Of a DNA stretch of 64,000 nucleotides, positions 25,461 through 39,613 are shown one piece after another. The translations under genes and the position numbers were made by a program. The notes beneath the pieces were generated by a model. It had not been told where the DNA came from. It was given only the letters and a program-made list of their open reading frames with translations, and ran no database searches. The first letter of the stretch is position 1; the number at the start of each line of letters is the position of its first letter. Origin of the DNA: Hypanus sabinus (taxonomy: Eukaryota); NCBI RefSeq assembly GCF_030144855.1, contig NC_082721.1, positions 23,064,001-23,128,000 on the forward strand, in the 5' to 3' direction.

Positions 25461-25542
25461 TTTCATAATTGAAAGGAGGAAGTGGGTGTGTAATCAGTTT
25501 TCATAATGCATGCCTAAAATGTTTTTTTTTCCCTCATAATAG

Positions 25543-25668
25543 GTATCCAAAGCTGCTGTAGACCTTATGAATTACTGTGAACAGCATGCCCGGAATGATC
25601 CACTGATTCTTGGAGTCCCAACGTCTGAAAATCCTTTCAAGGAGAAAAAGCCCTGCATCATCCTATAG
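25543..25668 (+). CDS. GNG7: G protein gamma subunit 7, last coding exon ([41 protein letters not shown])
   Basis: A polypyrimidine tract and TAG acceptor end at 25542. The exon joins exon 1 in phase 0 to give 68 aa with the DPL and NPF motifs and the CAAX box CIIL. Length and residues fit GNG7 better than GNG12. Confidence 0.93.
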   Translation, partial: VSKAAVDLMNYCEQHARNDPLILGVPTSENPFKEKKPCIIL

Positions 25669-28600
25669 CTTTGCCCATAATGTATGAAGCACAGCGCATT
25701 AAAAGCCAATTTGCGATTGCCAACATTATTAAATACTCTAACCAGTGAAGAGGTGTTTAAATAAGGATTGTACTTAAAACTACAGTTGAACCAGTGTTTG
25801 CAAATCTAACAAAGGGGATTTAGAAATTTAGTCAATGCCAATGAAAATTAAGTTCATCAGATTAAGAAGGGGATGAATTTTCTCATGAATGTGCTTTCTC
25901 ATTTGTCTAAAGTTTGATTGAAATAAGTAGATATATTTGTTGTGGTGGGAGGGAGGGAAAATGTCAGATTACCTTTCTGGTAGAAATCCCAGTTAAATGT
26001 AATTGTATAATATATACACCTTCAATTTGAAGGAATTTTCAAATACTTAACACAGAATTGAGACCCTCAATTGAATGTCCAACTATTGAAACATCAAATA
26101 TGAAGAAGTTTATCCCCTTAAAGTACATTATCAAGCTTTGTAAATAAGGTCAATTTTAAGTTACTCTGCTTATTTGATCAGTACTGGGTGTATTAGTTTT
26201 ATTAGTAAGTTTGATTAATTTAGCTCAGTGATAGGATTTTTGTGAAACTATATCTTCCCAAACATCATCTATTTTAATCAATGTCAAAAACCTGTTTTAG
26301 AAAATTGAACATTGTGCAGCAATGTTTCCAGAGTGTAGCTTATGGTAGATCAAAAGTAATAGAACCTTTAGTGTTAAAGATTTGTCTTTAGGTTATGTGT
26401 ACAGAATAATTTTTCAGTGTCTTGATTTACACTGACAATTGCTAATTAATATAGAACACTACATATATGGCATCAGTATTGGTTCAAATTTGTATTACAT
26501 AGTGCTCTAGTGCATTTGGCAGTTTGATTTTTTAAGAGGTGGAAGGAGGCATAACAAACTCATCACCGACTTAAACTGGGTGGGAAAGCAGTGTATGTTG
26601 CACCTAATACTGTATATTTTCTTCAGGTAATTTAAAATCCTGCATAGTAAATGATAAAGGAATAAATAGTAAACATCAACTGGTCTTTTGGCCCTTTGGC
26701 AAATCGGATTTTTTAATTGGCTAAGATTTGTATGAATTGTGATTTGAAGAAGTTATTAAAACAGTTTCTTGGACTGTGGAAGAAGCTATTAAATTTGAGA
26801 AAATTCTTCAGATGAATTCAGCAATTTCAACTGACTCTATTTCAGAATTTGTACAAAAAAGTGGGTACAGTCTACAAAATACCTGATCAACACTTCAGTG
26901 CTTGTCTCCTAATTGTTAGTCAAGTTGAATAGTGTAAGAGCAACTTAATTCTGCTTGCCATATCAGGCTGGAATGAGAAAAGTACTAGTGCCAACTGGGA
27001 TTTTACTCTGTACTTGCTGTAAACTTTTATAATTCCTAATTTGAAAGTAAAATATTTATACAACAGTAGTAACATACATTTGTAAGTTAGTTTTCCTGTA
27101 TCTTTTGAAAAAGGCTTTCCTTCTGATTATAACTGCCAAATGTAAATGATATCTACCCAGATAGTGAATTTTCCTGTGGTATAAAATTAACTACCTGGTA
27201 ATGCTGCATGATTTTAATATACCTTCAGGTCCTACCTCATCCAACAGGGAAAAGCCTTTGTCCTATCAAAGCTGAAAGGCTTCCACATTTTAAAAAAACG
27301 GACTAGTGTTAAGGGAAAATTGAAATGGAAATTCACTGTCTTTGTACATATTATGTGTCATCCAAAATCTGTGTATCTTAAAATTTAAGTTTTTGGGTAC
27401 AAGAGACAACAAAACAACCTGCCTGAGTTTAAAGTTTGTTGTGTCTTCTAACTGTTCAGCCTGCATTTTGCACTAGGATTTATTAATCTCTTATTTCAGT
27501 ATCCATAATATATTCAGATAAAAACTCAAATTGTCTGGACTCTTTGCAAATTAAGTGCATTAGAGATTACAATTCCACCAAGGTGCTTGGATGAATATTA
27601 TTCTGAAATCCCAACCTAAATTTATTGCATTACTTCAACTTGGTGCTATTTATATTTTGAAAAATACATAGCATACATATCTGCTTGGTTCCATACTTAG
27701 TAGCAGAACAGTTGGAGGATCATTTTTATTGTTTAGAGTGTCAGCTTTGGTGAAAAAGCCACTATTTATTGCCCATCCATTTTCCCTTGAGAGGTGATGA
27801 TAAGCTTCCACCTTGGTAAAGATACTGCCATATTGGGAGATAATTCCAGAATTTAGACCCAATTCTCATCAAGGACTGGGGAGATTTACTAGGTCAAGAT
27901 GCTGTGCAGCTTGTAAAGATCTGCAGCTAGTGGTGTTTCTATGTACTTTCTGCCCCCAGACTTGATGGTGGATGTTATGGGTTTAGGAGATGATATTGAT
28001 TATGGTAGATGAGTAGCTATTGTGCATTTTGTGAATGCAGCCACAAAGCATTGATGCTGAATGGATGGATGGGCTGGCAATCAAGTGAGCTGTTTTGTCT
28101 AATATTCTGTCATGCTCTTGGATGTTACAGTTGCACTGATCCAGGCAAGTGCAAACTCATCCATTAGGTTCTGACTTGTGCCTTGTAATAGATTATCTTA
28201 ATTACTGAGCCCTTTCCTACCTGGGAAAGTACACTTCAACTGTGCCATCTCCAGTCACTGTGGCTAATTAAAGTGTTGAGGATATTAGTGCCATCATCTT
28301 CCTCTCCTTCATCCTTGTAATCTGGTAAAACTTTAATCAATACAGCACCAAAACTACTTTAAAGATGCGAAATGTTTTATAAAACCAGAGAAGACCCTTT
28401 TGACAAGCATTTACTGCTATATCTTCTAAGTATGAATGTATGATTGATTTTGGTTTTAGTGATCTGTTTACCAGAAGTAATCATCTGCATCATCAAATTC
28501 TGTGTTTATGTCTCTATGAAAAGTATCTGACTCAGCACCGAGAAAAATCAAATATGGTATAAACATAAAAATAACCCACACAAACTTCCATTACTAAGTT

Positions 28601-28870
28601 GCTGTTAGAAATGTTTTTTTTCTATAATGCAGGCAATGCTCCCCACCCAAGTTTCCCTTTTGTTCTCCTCCTATAGGATGCTAACCACCTAGCCGATAAT
28701 AGATGAATATCTGTCAGGGGAAGGAAAACACAAGGACTATAGATCATAGAATAAAAGTTACAAAAATGCAAATTAATTATAATTGTGACTTGTAATTACA
28801 CTGGAAGATTTCTGAGTTCACTAAATTTCATTGTACAGATTCAGTTTTTCACCTCTGGTGGTCTCATTTG

Positions 28871-28907
<37 letters not shown>

Positions 28908-30215
28908 TTGTCTTCAAACAATTGCTATCAAATCCCTTTGATCTTAAAACAAACACCTGTGTTAATTCAGTAGCGGTTTCCAGCCAAGTCCAACAGTATT
29001 TTATATTACATATAAATCAGAGTTTTGAGTAGATCAGCATTCTCTAAATACTTGCAATGGGACAAATTGGATTGAATCCAAGAAAATCAATTCAATAATG
29101 TTATAATAAACAACCTGACTTCAAAGAAAATGGTCCAAACATTCTAACTAAATCATAATGACCAAGATTGAGACTGATCTGTGGCATGTTGGAGATGTGA
29201 ACTTGCTTATTTGAGCTCCTGTGCATTTGCAGTATAGCACTGTTCCAACCTTTTGAGCTGAAGGTTGAATGTGTGGTATAATTTAAATAAAGGACCTACA
29301 CTTGTGCACAATATTTCGTCATTCATGCAACACAGTTCTTATGCAACATAAATATCAGCCTGTTCATAAGGTTGGCACTCAGGCTCTTGGTAGCCATTCC
29401 GAATGCAATATATAGTTAGATGTAGATTGGGTTTTGATGAATATATTTATGTTACCTGCACTTGATTGAACTGACCAATGATTCTTCAGGCTATTACTAT
29501 TGTGGGCTAGTGTATTTTACCAGAAAATGTCTAAACATACCAAGAATTTATATTACATGAGTTAATTTTATCTGCCAATAATTGTTTACTTTGCTGCCTC
29601 TTTCTAATCAATTAAGTGAGATTTTGTGCCAACAAACCCTCCAGCTAGTTTCTTTCAGATGTTGCCACTATCCATGCCTTAGCTTAAATCACTGATACTA
29701 GAATCCCAGGCTTTTGACAACTCCAATTCTGCATGTGCTGAATATCCATCAGTACTCTTTCTATTATTGTCCCCGGTTTTAAGTGTTTTATTTTCCCCCT
29801 TGCTTGGCATGGAAAAAGTATTTTAAGCATTGGATATGTGAAAGGATTTAAAGTCCCTATGTTCAAATGTTCCCTTGTTTGTGAATTCACTTAATTGGTA
29901 ATGTATTCAGTAAGAAATTGTAGGAGTGTTTCATCAAATTGTTCCTTCCATTGATGCTGGGTAATTATTGGGTAGATTGTACATATGTTTTTGGAGCTGA
30001 CTGGGCTGCATATTTCACACATTGTGTTATCAGGGAGGCTGCCAGTGTTAAATTTTTCTACCATATTTTTTATGTGTAATTCTTAGAGATGAAGGTATAT
30101 CATTAATTCACCAAATTTACTGTATAGTAGACTATCGCTTGATTGCTGTACATGTTAAAAGTGTTAACACAAATTGCATTGTATATCAATAATTAAAAGC
30201 ACAAACCTTGTACAC
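25669..30215 (+). other. Probable long GNG7 3' UTR with candidate poly(A) signals (AATAAA near 26661 and 29286; ATTAAA near 30192)
   Basis: AT-rich and largely free of recognisable repeats after the stop codon, with UTR-like UGUA motifs before ATTAAA at about 30192. The true end cannot be fixed without transcript data. Confidence 0.45.
28872..28906. repeat. C35 homopolymer
   Basis: 35 consecutive C. Confidence 0.9.
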
Positions 30216-31144
30216 GAATGTTGCTGAGTCTATCTACCATTTTGGTATTTTGGGAAATCTCATCGTCAGTGTTCTGTACATGTGTTTTATTGATTGCATT
30301 CCAGATTCCTTCGGAAAGATTGGCCCAACAGTAATATTTCACTGCTGCTTTTGGCGTCTATTCACTAATTTTATTTCTCCTTGTCCTTTCATTTGCAAAT
30401 GTTAGTCATTGAAGCTTTATTTTATGAAAGAGCAGCCTTTCATGGTTGAACTTGAACTGTGATAACCTTAGCTGTGATTTTGAAGGTCTCCAGGTTGGAT
30501 ACAGACTAATTCTAAATCATCATAAATTATGACCTGCTGTGTTTTCTACTGGATGAACATTCTTCAAAAATGTTAAAAGCTCAGATCACAAATCTGTATT
30601 TGTTGTTCAATCAACTACCACCATAAGAAATTCTGTTATTTGAATCTATTGTACAATTGGGACTTTCGGTGCCAGACTATTTTCTGTTAGTTTTTCCAGA
30701 CTCATGAATGCTATTCCTATTAATAACCCAATACACTTTTAATTCACTATTTTTAGTTGTTAGTGTTGTAGTATATTTTCCAGTGAATTTGGAAGTGTTA
30801 AATGGAATATGGGAATATGGGCTGCAGTGAGTGTCAGGGCAGCACAGAAATCTTGGCCTTGGTGTCAAAGCAGCACGCAAATCCTGGGAAACATCAACCA
30901 TGAGCCAGATACCAAACTATTGAGATTTCCAAATAATTGGCAAGCAGATTATTAGAATTTTACTATACTGCTTATTACATTTTAATGTGTGTAGCTGGTT
31001 TGCAGATTTTTAAAAGCAAATTGAAAATCTTTCATATTGACTTAGTAGGAATTATAAATTCATTTAAATTAAAATTGGACTACAGATGGCCAAGTGCAGT
31101 TATATACCATTGTGATAGATAATGTTATAACATAAATACCTCAA

Positions 31145-31420
31145 AGGAAAGTACAGGCCCTTCAGCCCATTATGTTGTGCCAATCTTTTAATCCACCCTG
31201 AGATCAATCTAACTTTCCCTCCTACATAGGCCTCCATTTTTCTGTCATTCGTGTACCTATCCAAGAGTTTCTTAAATGACCCCAATGTATCTTAGTCTAC
31301 CACCACTCCTGGTAGGGCTTTCCACACACCCTCTCTATGTAAACAAATTGTCTCTGGCATCCTCTCCCTCTGTACTTTGCTCCAATCATTAAAATTATGC
31401 ACCCCTGGGAAAATGTCTGT
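31145..31420 (-). repeat. CR1 3'-end fragment
   Basis: The minus strand reads GSFKKLLDRY, followed by a CR1-type 3' UTR (gggctgaagggcctgtac). Confidence 0.7.
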
Positions 31421-32000
31421 CTGATTTTAGCGGTGAAGGTACAATCCATTTGTTGTCTCAAGACTGTTCTTTTATCAAATTAGAGTTCAGTTTTCCATCC
31501 TAATTTTCCATGTAGTCAGTGCTGATCCATAAAGCAGAATACCAATTAAAACTAGTAATTAAGCTGCAGTTCAATTAATCTACTCATTATTTCTCTGTGA
31601 GAGCACTATTATAGTATTGCACAAGTTATTCGCTGACCCAAATTAATGCACTAGCTCAAGTTCTTTCTATTTACATTAGGGAGAACAAATAGAAATGTCA
31701 AGGAACAAAACGGCTTTTCAAATATGTTACAGTTGTGTCTCACCTTGACTGAACTTTTTTTTAAATGTCCATAACTGATGCATCTACTGTATGCTAGATC
31801 ATACTGGGCATCTTGTTTTGAAACTGAAAAGAACTTCTCATAAATGCATATGTACCTGCCCATTTGTGTCATCTCCTTAAGTACTATTCCAATTTAAGTA
31901 GAACATACAAATACAAGTATTAATAGACTGTGACAAATTCTGAATTCAGTTTCTAAGTTCAATTTATATTTACTTCCATTTATTTTCATGTTAGTATTTA

Positions 32001-33605
32001 CAGTGGCATGCAAAAGCTTGGGCACCCCGGTCAAAATTTCTGTTACTGTGAATAGTTAAGTGAGTAGAAGATGAACTGATAACTAAAAATCATAAAGTTA
32101 AAGATGAAACATTCTTTTCAACATTTTAAGCAAGATTAGTTTATTATTTTTGTCTTGTACAATTTTAAAGTGAGAAAAGTAGGAAGGGAGCACCATGCAA
32201 AAGTTTGGGCACCCTAAGAGATTTGAGCTCTCAGACAACTTTTACCAAGGTCTCAGACCTTAATTAGCTTGTTAGGGCTATGGCTTGTTCACAGTCATCG
32301 TTAGGAAAGGCCAGGTGATGCAGATTTCAAAGCTTTATAAATACCCTTACTCCTCAAACCTTGTCCCAACAATCAGCAGCCATGGGCTCCTCTAAGCAGC
32401 TGCCTAGCACTCTGAAAATTAAAATAAATGATGCCCACAAAGCAGGAGAAGGCTATAAGAAAATAGCAAAGCATTTTCAGGTAGCCGTTTCCTCATTTCA
32501 TAATGTACTTAAGAAAAATGGCAGTTAACAGGAATGGTGGAGGTCAAGCTGAGGTCTGGAAGACCAAGAAAACTTTCCAAGAGAACTGCTCATAGGATTG
32601 CTAGAAAGGCAAATCAAAACCCCCGCTTGATTGCAAAAGACCTTCAGGAAGATTTAGCAGACTCTGGAGTGGTGATGCACTGTTCTACTGTGCAGTGACT
32701 CCTGCACAAATATGACCTTCATAGAAGAGTCATCAGAAGAAAACCTTTCCTGCGTCCTCACCACAAAATTCAGCGTCAGAAGTTTGCAAAGGAATATCTA
32801 AATAAGCCTGATGCCTTTTGGAAACGAGTCTTGTGGACTGATGAAGTTAAAATACAACTTGTTGGCCGCAATCAGCAAAGGTATGTCTGGAGAAAAAAGG
32901 GTGCAGAATTTCATGAAAAGATCACCTCACCAACTGTGAAGCACGGGGGTGGATTGATCATGCTTTGAGCTTGTGTTGCAGCCACTGGCACAGGGAACAT
33001 TTCACTGTTAGACAGAAGAATGAATTCAAATAAATATCAGCAAATTCTGGAAGCAAGCATCATACCATATGTAAAAAAAAAGCTGAAGATGAAAAGAGGA
33101 TGGCTTCTACAACAGGATTCTGATCCTAAACACACCTCAAAATCCACAATGGACTACCTCAAGAGGCACAAGCTGAAGGTTTTGCCATTGCCCTCACAGT
33201 CCCCTGACCTAAACATCATCAAAAATCTGTGGATAGATCTCAGAAGAGCAGTGCATGCAAGATGGCCCAAGAATCTCACAGAACTAGAAGCCTTTTGCAA
33301 GGAAGAATGGGTGAAAATCCCCCCAAACGAGAATCGAAAGACTCTTAGCTGGCTACAGAGAGCACTTACAAGCTGTGATAACTTACCAAAGGGGGTATTA
33401 CCAAGTAATGACCATGCAGGGTGCCCAAACTTTTGCTTTGGGCCCTTCTCCTTTTTTGTCATTTTGAAACTGTAAAAGAAGGGGGGGGGGGAGTAATCAT
33501 GCTTAAAATATTAAAGAAATGTGTTATCTTTAACTTTATGCCTTTTGGAAGTCAGGTCATCTTTTACTCGCTTAGCTATTCACAGTAACAGAATGCATGC
33601 CACTG
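32001..33605 (+). mobile_element. Near full-length Tc1 (IR/DR type) with a pseudogenised transposase (about 32382-33411)
   Basis: Termini are TA|CAGTGGCATGCA...TGCATGCCACTG|TA. Motifs include MGSSKQL..GYKKIAK..RSGRPRK, WTDEVK, TVKHGGG, QQDSDPKH and SPDLNIIKNLW, with stops and frameshifts. Confidence 0.95.
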
Positions 33606-36600
33606 TATATATTAAATATTCATTTGCTTTTTTTCTTTCTGTGCCTCTAATTGTGAACTGTGTTTAGAATTGTTTTGTAAAACAAATTTGCTAATATTGG
33701 CAGTGTTGAATTACAACTTTCCTGTTCTTTGGTTATCTGGTTGATACCTAGACCATTGGTTACTCATCTTCCTCATTTAGTGTTGCAATTTTATTTATTT
33801 GCTTCCATATTAAGAACAATAGTTATTACAATTTTTTGAAGTGAAGATCTTGGAGAACCTGATCATTTGCAGTAATGGAAACAAGGGAGGAAAAAGCATG
33901 CCTGAAATGCAGGGTCTTTCTTACCAATCTCCAAACCTGAAAAAAATGTTGAAACCACTAAACTGTTTAGTTGTATTGAAGGATGTAGACTTGTCATGAG
34001 CTGAAAGCTTTTAGTTAATCAATTTTCTGGACTTAAGAGTATGTGATTTGGAAAAGGAATGTAAAATACTGTTACTTGTCAAATGTTTCTGATTCTATGA
34101 AGTCTATTTTTTCAGGCCTTGTTCTTATTTGTCTGAGAATATTTCACATATTGTGCTTTTTAAACAATATTGAAAGCCTTTGCTAATTTCAAATCACCAC
34201 TTTGATTATGTTAACCTCTTTGATGCATTAGATTTGGTCCAATATGCACAAAAATAGTCCACCTTTATCCTCTCCTTTCACGAGCTCCTGTCCCATTGTC
34301 TGCTTCATCATTTCCTTGTGAAGCCAGTCTGACATTCATCAGAATAAGAATAAGAATAAGTTAGCACGTTCCACTTCAAACAGGTTTTCTTTTATTCAGT
34401 ATCTAGAAATTGTGAAATTTTAGATTTTCCACATTTTACTGATTTTGAAAAGCACAGCTGTCTTAATAAATGTTAGAGTCCCTTGGACTGGTGGTATTCA
34501 TTGTGCATTTTTCTTTCCTTTGTGCACCTTCGATGCATTTGCATTCATTTTTATTTACAGAAGAATTTTAAACCAAATCTAATCCAGCCAAATATCAATG
34601 TGTTAGCTTTCTAGGGGGTTTGTCAGGAATCAATACCAGAGGGTCCTTCTGAATTTTATTCTCCAAAACCCAAAATGTTAAATATGCTGGAAATATTCAA
34701 CAGGTCAGGCAACATCGGCAGAAAGAGACCTTCCATCATGAGTCTTATTTGTCCCCAGCCTAAACTCTTTCTCCACTATGATGCCTCATAACTGCTATAT
34801 CTGACAATTAATAATTGCAGCCTCAGACCCAACATAATATGGACCTTACAGGCATAAATTCTAGAGAATGGTGAAATGGTATTTAGACCTCACTGCCAGA
34901 AGTAAAGAAGAAAAATGCATATTTCCAATCTGTAAGCATCTGACTTTGAGTAATTACTGAAAATCAGACATTGTGTAATCTGATTAGTGTAAACCAAATA
35001 GTATTGTAGGGTGAGTGAAGGATATCTTGATTCCCAGTCAGGAGGAATGTGCCATTCACAATGCCCTCAATTCTGGAGTGGAAGCAAAAGTGACTTCCCA
35101 GTCACAGTATCTTTAACAAAAAAAAACAGGGGTTTTATTACTATAATTTTGTTGGAGTTTCTTTTGCACAGTTCTCTTGTAAAGACTTTTAACTTCTTGC
35201 TGGACACAGACCAAAAGCTTCTTTCTGAGACCTTAAACAGATTGAACATTGTAAGTGAAAGCAAATTATATCTACAGTTGGATTGTACTGAGCTTAAATC
35301 ACTCGATGTCAGTGGATATAGTTTCAAGCACAGAGAGCAAATGTACCTTAATCATATTGAAATATGTTTGGCAGCAGATTCAGTGTCATCAATTTGAACA
35401 CTTCATGTGACCTAGCAGCATTATGCTAGGTTCACTATTCCGATCAATGGACCTTTTGATGTACCTGGTAATCCCAATTCACACATGCTAAAAGAATTTT
35501 CTTAAATTGTTTTACTGTAGTCATGTGATTAATGGCTATGAACAGTTTTCATCTTCTACAACTTAACAACTGTTAAGGGACCAAATTTCTCGGGCAGGTT
35601 TATCATCCTATCCTTATATGAGATAAACTTGATGTCATATTTCCTAAGGTTATTCTGTACGGATTTATCTTGTTTAAGAGCTTCAGTGGATGAACAGGAA
35701 GAAATTTAATCCTATTTTTAAAATTAGATGTACTTGATTACCAACACTTTTTGAAATGTAACATTACTGTTTCCTTACTCACCCAGTGCTTTGTTCATAT
35801 CAACTTAAAATCAAGCTTCTAAGATGATGTTAACCATTATTCTGCTATTGCTCCCCAACTCCTTAAGTCATCCATGTATTTCCAAGACTTCTTGAAAGAA
35901 TCTTCCTATTCATAATTCATAGGTTGGAAATCTCTGTCTCATAGTTTTGAAAAGCATTAATTTGATCACTGTATTTCCGTGTTCAGATAAGACTACAAAG
36001 AGGTTTCATCTTGATTAGTTCAATTAATACTTTAATATTAAATACCACTATTTATATGTGAATTTAGTTAGCAATTGCAGACAAGGTATTAACACACCTC
36101 TCACTAGAATGATAATTTTTATTAGTGTATAGACATAGTGTCCAAAGCCCCATTTGCTACCCTTGGCTCTTTCCAGGAATGCTCATCTCTTTTGTTATAG
36201 TTCATTAATAAAATTTTGTTTAAAATATGCTTGGCACTATAATAGACTATATGAATAATGGTTGCCAAATAGTGGGGTTATAATGAAGAAAATCTCATTT
36301 TGGTTGTCTGATACCCTCATGCAGATAATCTAGAGCGTCAGCACATAACCTGATTTGCGAAGTGAGCTTAACAATGAAAGTTTAACACCATTTAATAATG
36401 TTTTGTAGCAAATTTGGTTGCCAGATTCTGACCTTGTCAAACTTGTCAGAATTTCTTACTGCCATAAAAATGTGTGTAATTGATTTTTCTTCTAGTTTAG
36501 CTATATACCCTTTAACTTTTTTTCTAATGTGTCATTGCCTGGTTCGTTTGTTTATTTTGTGAACATGTTAAGAAGGAATTGATGACAATAAAATATTCAC

Positions 36601-37720
36601 ATTTTCATGCACGTCTTTGAGACTATTCATTAAGAGGATGCTGTGGTTCAGCAGTCTCTCCTGCAGTGAGTTGTGTGTGTACTGTTGCAACAAATATCAA
36701 ATGCTTCCCCCCCACACTTAACTTGCTTCCTCTGCAAATTATAAATGCTAATTACTGGAGGAGGAAGCAGTTGGCTTAAACTAAGTTCTCAAACAATAAA
36801 AGATCAGGGTTGATCCTCCACCCCCACTGCCCATAGTGCTCTTTAAGCAAAAGGTTAAAGAAAGGGCAGAACTGCATTGTGGGAGAAATCTAGCTGATAT
36901 CTGCCACTGAGTGCAAAATTGTGGTCATGGTAGTGGAACGAAGCTTTGGTAAAAGTGATCTTTGAAAGCTTGGTAGAGGAAAAGCAGGCAGCTTTAATTT
37001 GCACCATTTTTCTAGACTGAATCAGTTTGATAATGCCTCGGTTGATGACACCTCCAACAATGTAGCATCTAATTAGCTATATTGAGTTGCATAAATGTTA
37101 TTACTCTGAAATGGTGTTCAAGTCCATTACATTACTCTGACCAAGACTGCCTCATACTTCAAACTAGCATAACAATAGAAGCAAGCATAGACCATCCCAG
37201 CTCTTATGCATGATCTGACATAGCAGCTTAGTGGTATGTCAGTATCTCTTTTCTACACCAACACCATATCCCTTAATTCCCTCTATCAAAAACAATCCAT
37301 CTTTCTCTTGAATATTATAAGTGACCAAGCCTCCACAGCCCTCAGGTGTAGAATATATTTGAAGCTCACTACCTTCTGAGTGGAACAAGTTTTTTCATAG
37401 AACATAGAACATAGAAATCTACAGCACATTACAGGCCCTTCAGCCCATAATGTTGTGCCAACCATGTAACCTACTCTAGAAACTGCCTAGAATTTTCTAA
37501 GTTCCTCTGAGCTGAATGGCTGAGCCTTTCTAGACTGTGACCCCTGGATTCTAGAATTCCGGAATCTAAACTCTTGAGCCTGCTTCCTATTTTGTACATG
37601 TCGAGGATGAGATCAACTTTAATTCTTCTAAACTTTTGAGCATTAGTCTAACCTGATTTAATCTGTCAAAACATTATGATTTGTGCAAATAAGTCAGTAA
37701 ACATTCTGATCATGTACGTA

Positions 37721-37893
37721 AATTCTGCAGATGCTGAAATCCAGAGTAGTGCACATAAAATGTTGGAGGAACTCAGCAGGTCAGGGGGCATCTATGGAGA
37801 GGAACAAAGAGTCAATATTTCGGGCCAAGACCCTTCATCAAAAATTCCTGTAGATGCTGCCTGACCTGCTGAGTTCCTCCAGCATTTTGTGAG
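37721..37893. repeat. Inverted (palindromic) pair of Penelope-derived terminal units with a minus-strand hammerhead remnant
   Basis: The minus arm (37721-37841) reads tTGATGA-agggtcttggccc-GAAAT-ATT-gact. The plus arm (37846-37893) is its reverse complement. Confidence 0.8.
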
Positions 37894-39530
37894 TTAGTAA
37901 GCATTGTTTTGCTTGTCGTTTTATTTAAGCTGTTAAAAGCATTGATTCTCTGTAGTTTCATAACTGTCAAGCCAGGCTGCGGAAGTGCATTTTGCTATTG
38001 TGCTGCAAACCTAGAAAAAACAGCCAAGCTCCATTCTTATGATCTATGACTTTGAAGTATAAAATTAGTAAACCATATAGGGTTTATTTGCATTGCATTT
38101 TGTTCCCTGCAGATTTGTAGTTCAGAAGTTGAAACTAAGCTATAATATTTTGCAGTTTCTATGAATATAATTAATCATACTCAGCTGATGTTTCACATGG
38201 GAATGGAGCAAATATTCCATATCTTAGGAAAATTTACTACTCCCTTGCTGCATGGCCTCTGAGATGGGTGATTGTATAGCAAAGAACAGCTTCAGTATGT
38301 TTTTTTTTTATTTCTCGCTCACCCAAGTTGTTTCCTGCAGAGGTACAAGTTGGCAGCTACCACCCATTTTGTAGGACTGCCTACAAAAAACCTTCTTAAT
38401 ATGTGACTCAATGCTCAGTACCTAATGTGAGTTAAATTGCTTTCTGGATCAATCAATAGACTTATCATTGCAATCGTGATAAGTTTCACATTTGATTTTC
38501 AAAATGCTATAGGCTCCTTTGAGCAATTGTTCATTTCAGAACACAGTTTTTACTAACCCAATCAGAATTACTGCTTCTGATTCAACTACCTTTGGGAGGG
38601 AGAAATGTACATGTGGCAGAAATTGTTCTTTCCTTTATTCATGAATAACCTATCCCTACTGAGTTTTGAAGAATAATCTGTAATCCACATGGATGCTGGT
38701 AATGGAACAATAACAAAATGCTACTTAGATCTCTTTGGGGAAAAGGGATGTATAATGAAAAGCTGGAAAATAAATGTACTGGTTGTATGCTTGCTTATAA
38801 TGTTAGAATTCGGTAGAAACAGAACATAATGAATAGTTCATGAAATATTTACATTTTTTCCTATTGTTTCCTTTATACGAGTATTCATAAAGCTAAGGCT
38901 AGTTTGTATTATGTGTTCAGTCAGTTTCAAATTGGCAATAAATTATTTTGGTCAAAGCTACCAGCAAATACAATACTACATCTAAGGGACCTTTACATTC
39001 TTCAGTTCCTAGTAATCCTTTTGGGAAGAAATACAATGCTAAAGTTCTCAAAATATAACACATACTATACAGTCCTCGTTAGTCTGATGATGAATGTTTG
39101 GAGGACCCTGTAGTTACAATTACATCAAGAGCTCAGTCTTACGTACCTGGTTAAATGAGCCATATGGATACAATTGCTATTATACATGGAAAATCATGCA
39201 ACTCATTAACCATTTCACATTGAATGTCCTGGCATCTTGCATCTTTAAATGGATGTGGATTCTAAAGATCACACTGTTGCCTGCTACTGAGTGTACATTT
39301 ATTAGCATACTATCATCTCTCCTTAATGGTGCACATTGGGTTTGAGCATCATGTCCTCTGAAATAATATGAAAAGTCACTCCTTTAAAATAAAAGTTTGT
39401 CGAAGAAAAGTCCATCATCTTCTCGAGGTACACAAAGTTGTTCAGTGCTGCAGTATTTTGTTGCCAAGGACCCTAATGTCTAAAACTTAGAATAGATAAA
39501 AGGTGCAGTTATAAACTACATTGCTTGTTC

Positions 39531-39613
39531 CAGGGGTTCCCAACCTGGGAACCCCAGACCCCTCGGTTAATTGTAAGGCTCGTTCATTGGCATCAAAAAG
39601 GTTTGGACCCCTG
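39531..39613. mobile_element. Small hAT-type MITE
   Basis: TIRs CAGGGGTTCCCAACCT / AGGTTTGGACCCCTG. Confidence 0.6.

Noticed and set aside
4040-25668. Assignment as GNG12
   Set aside because: The 68-aa length, the [24 protein letters not shown] start and the [16 protein letters not shown] residues fit GNG7 better. A tree or synteny check would settle it.
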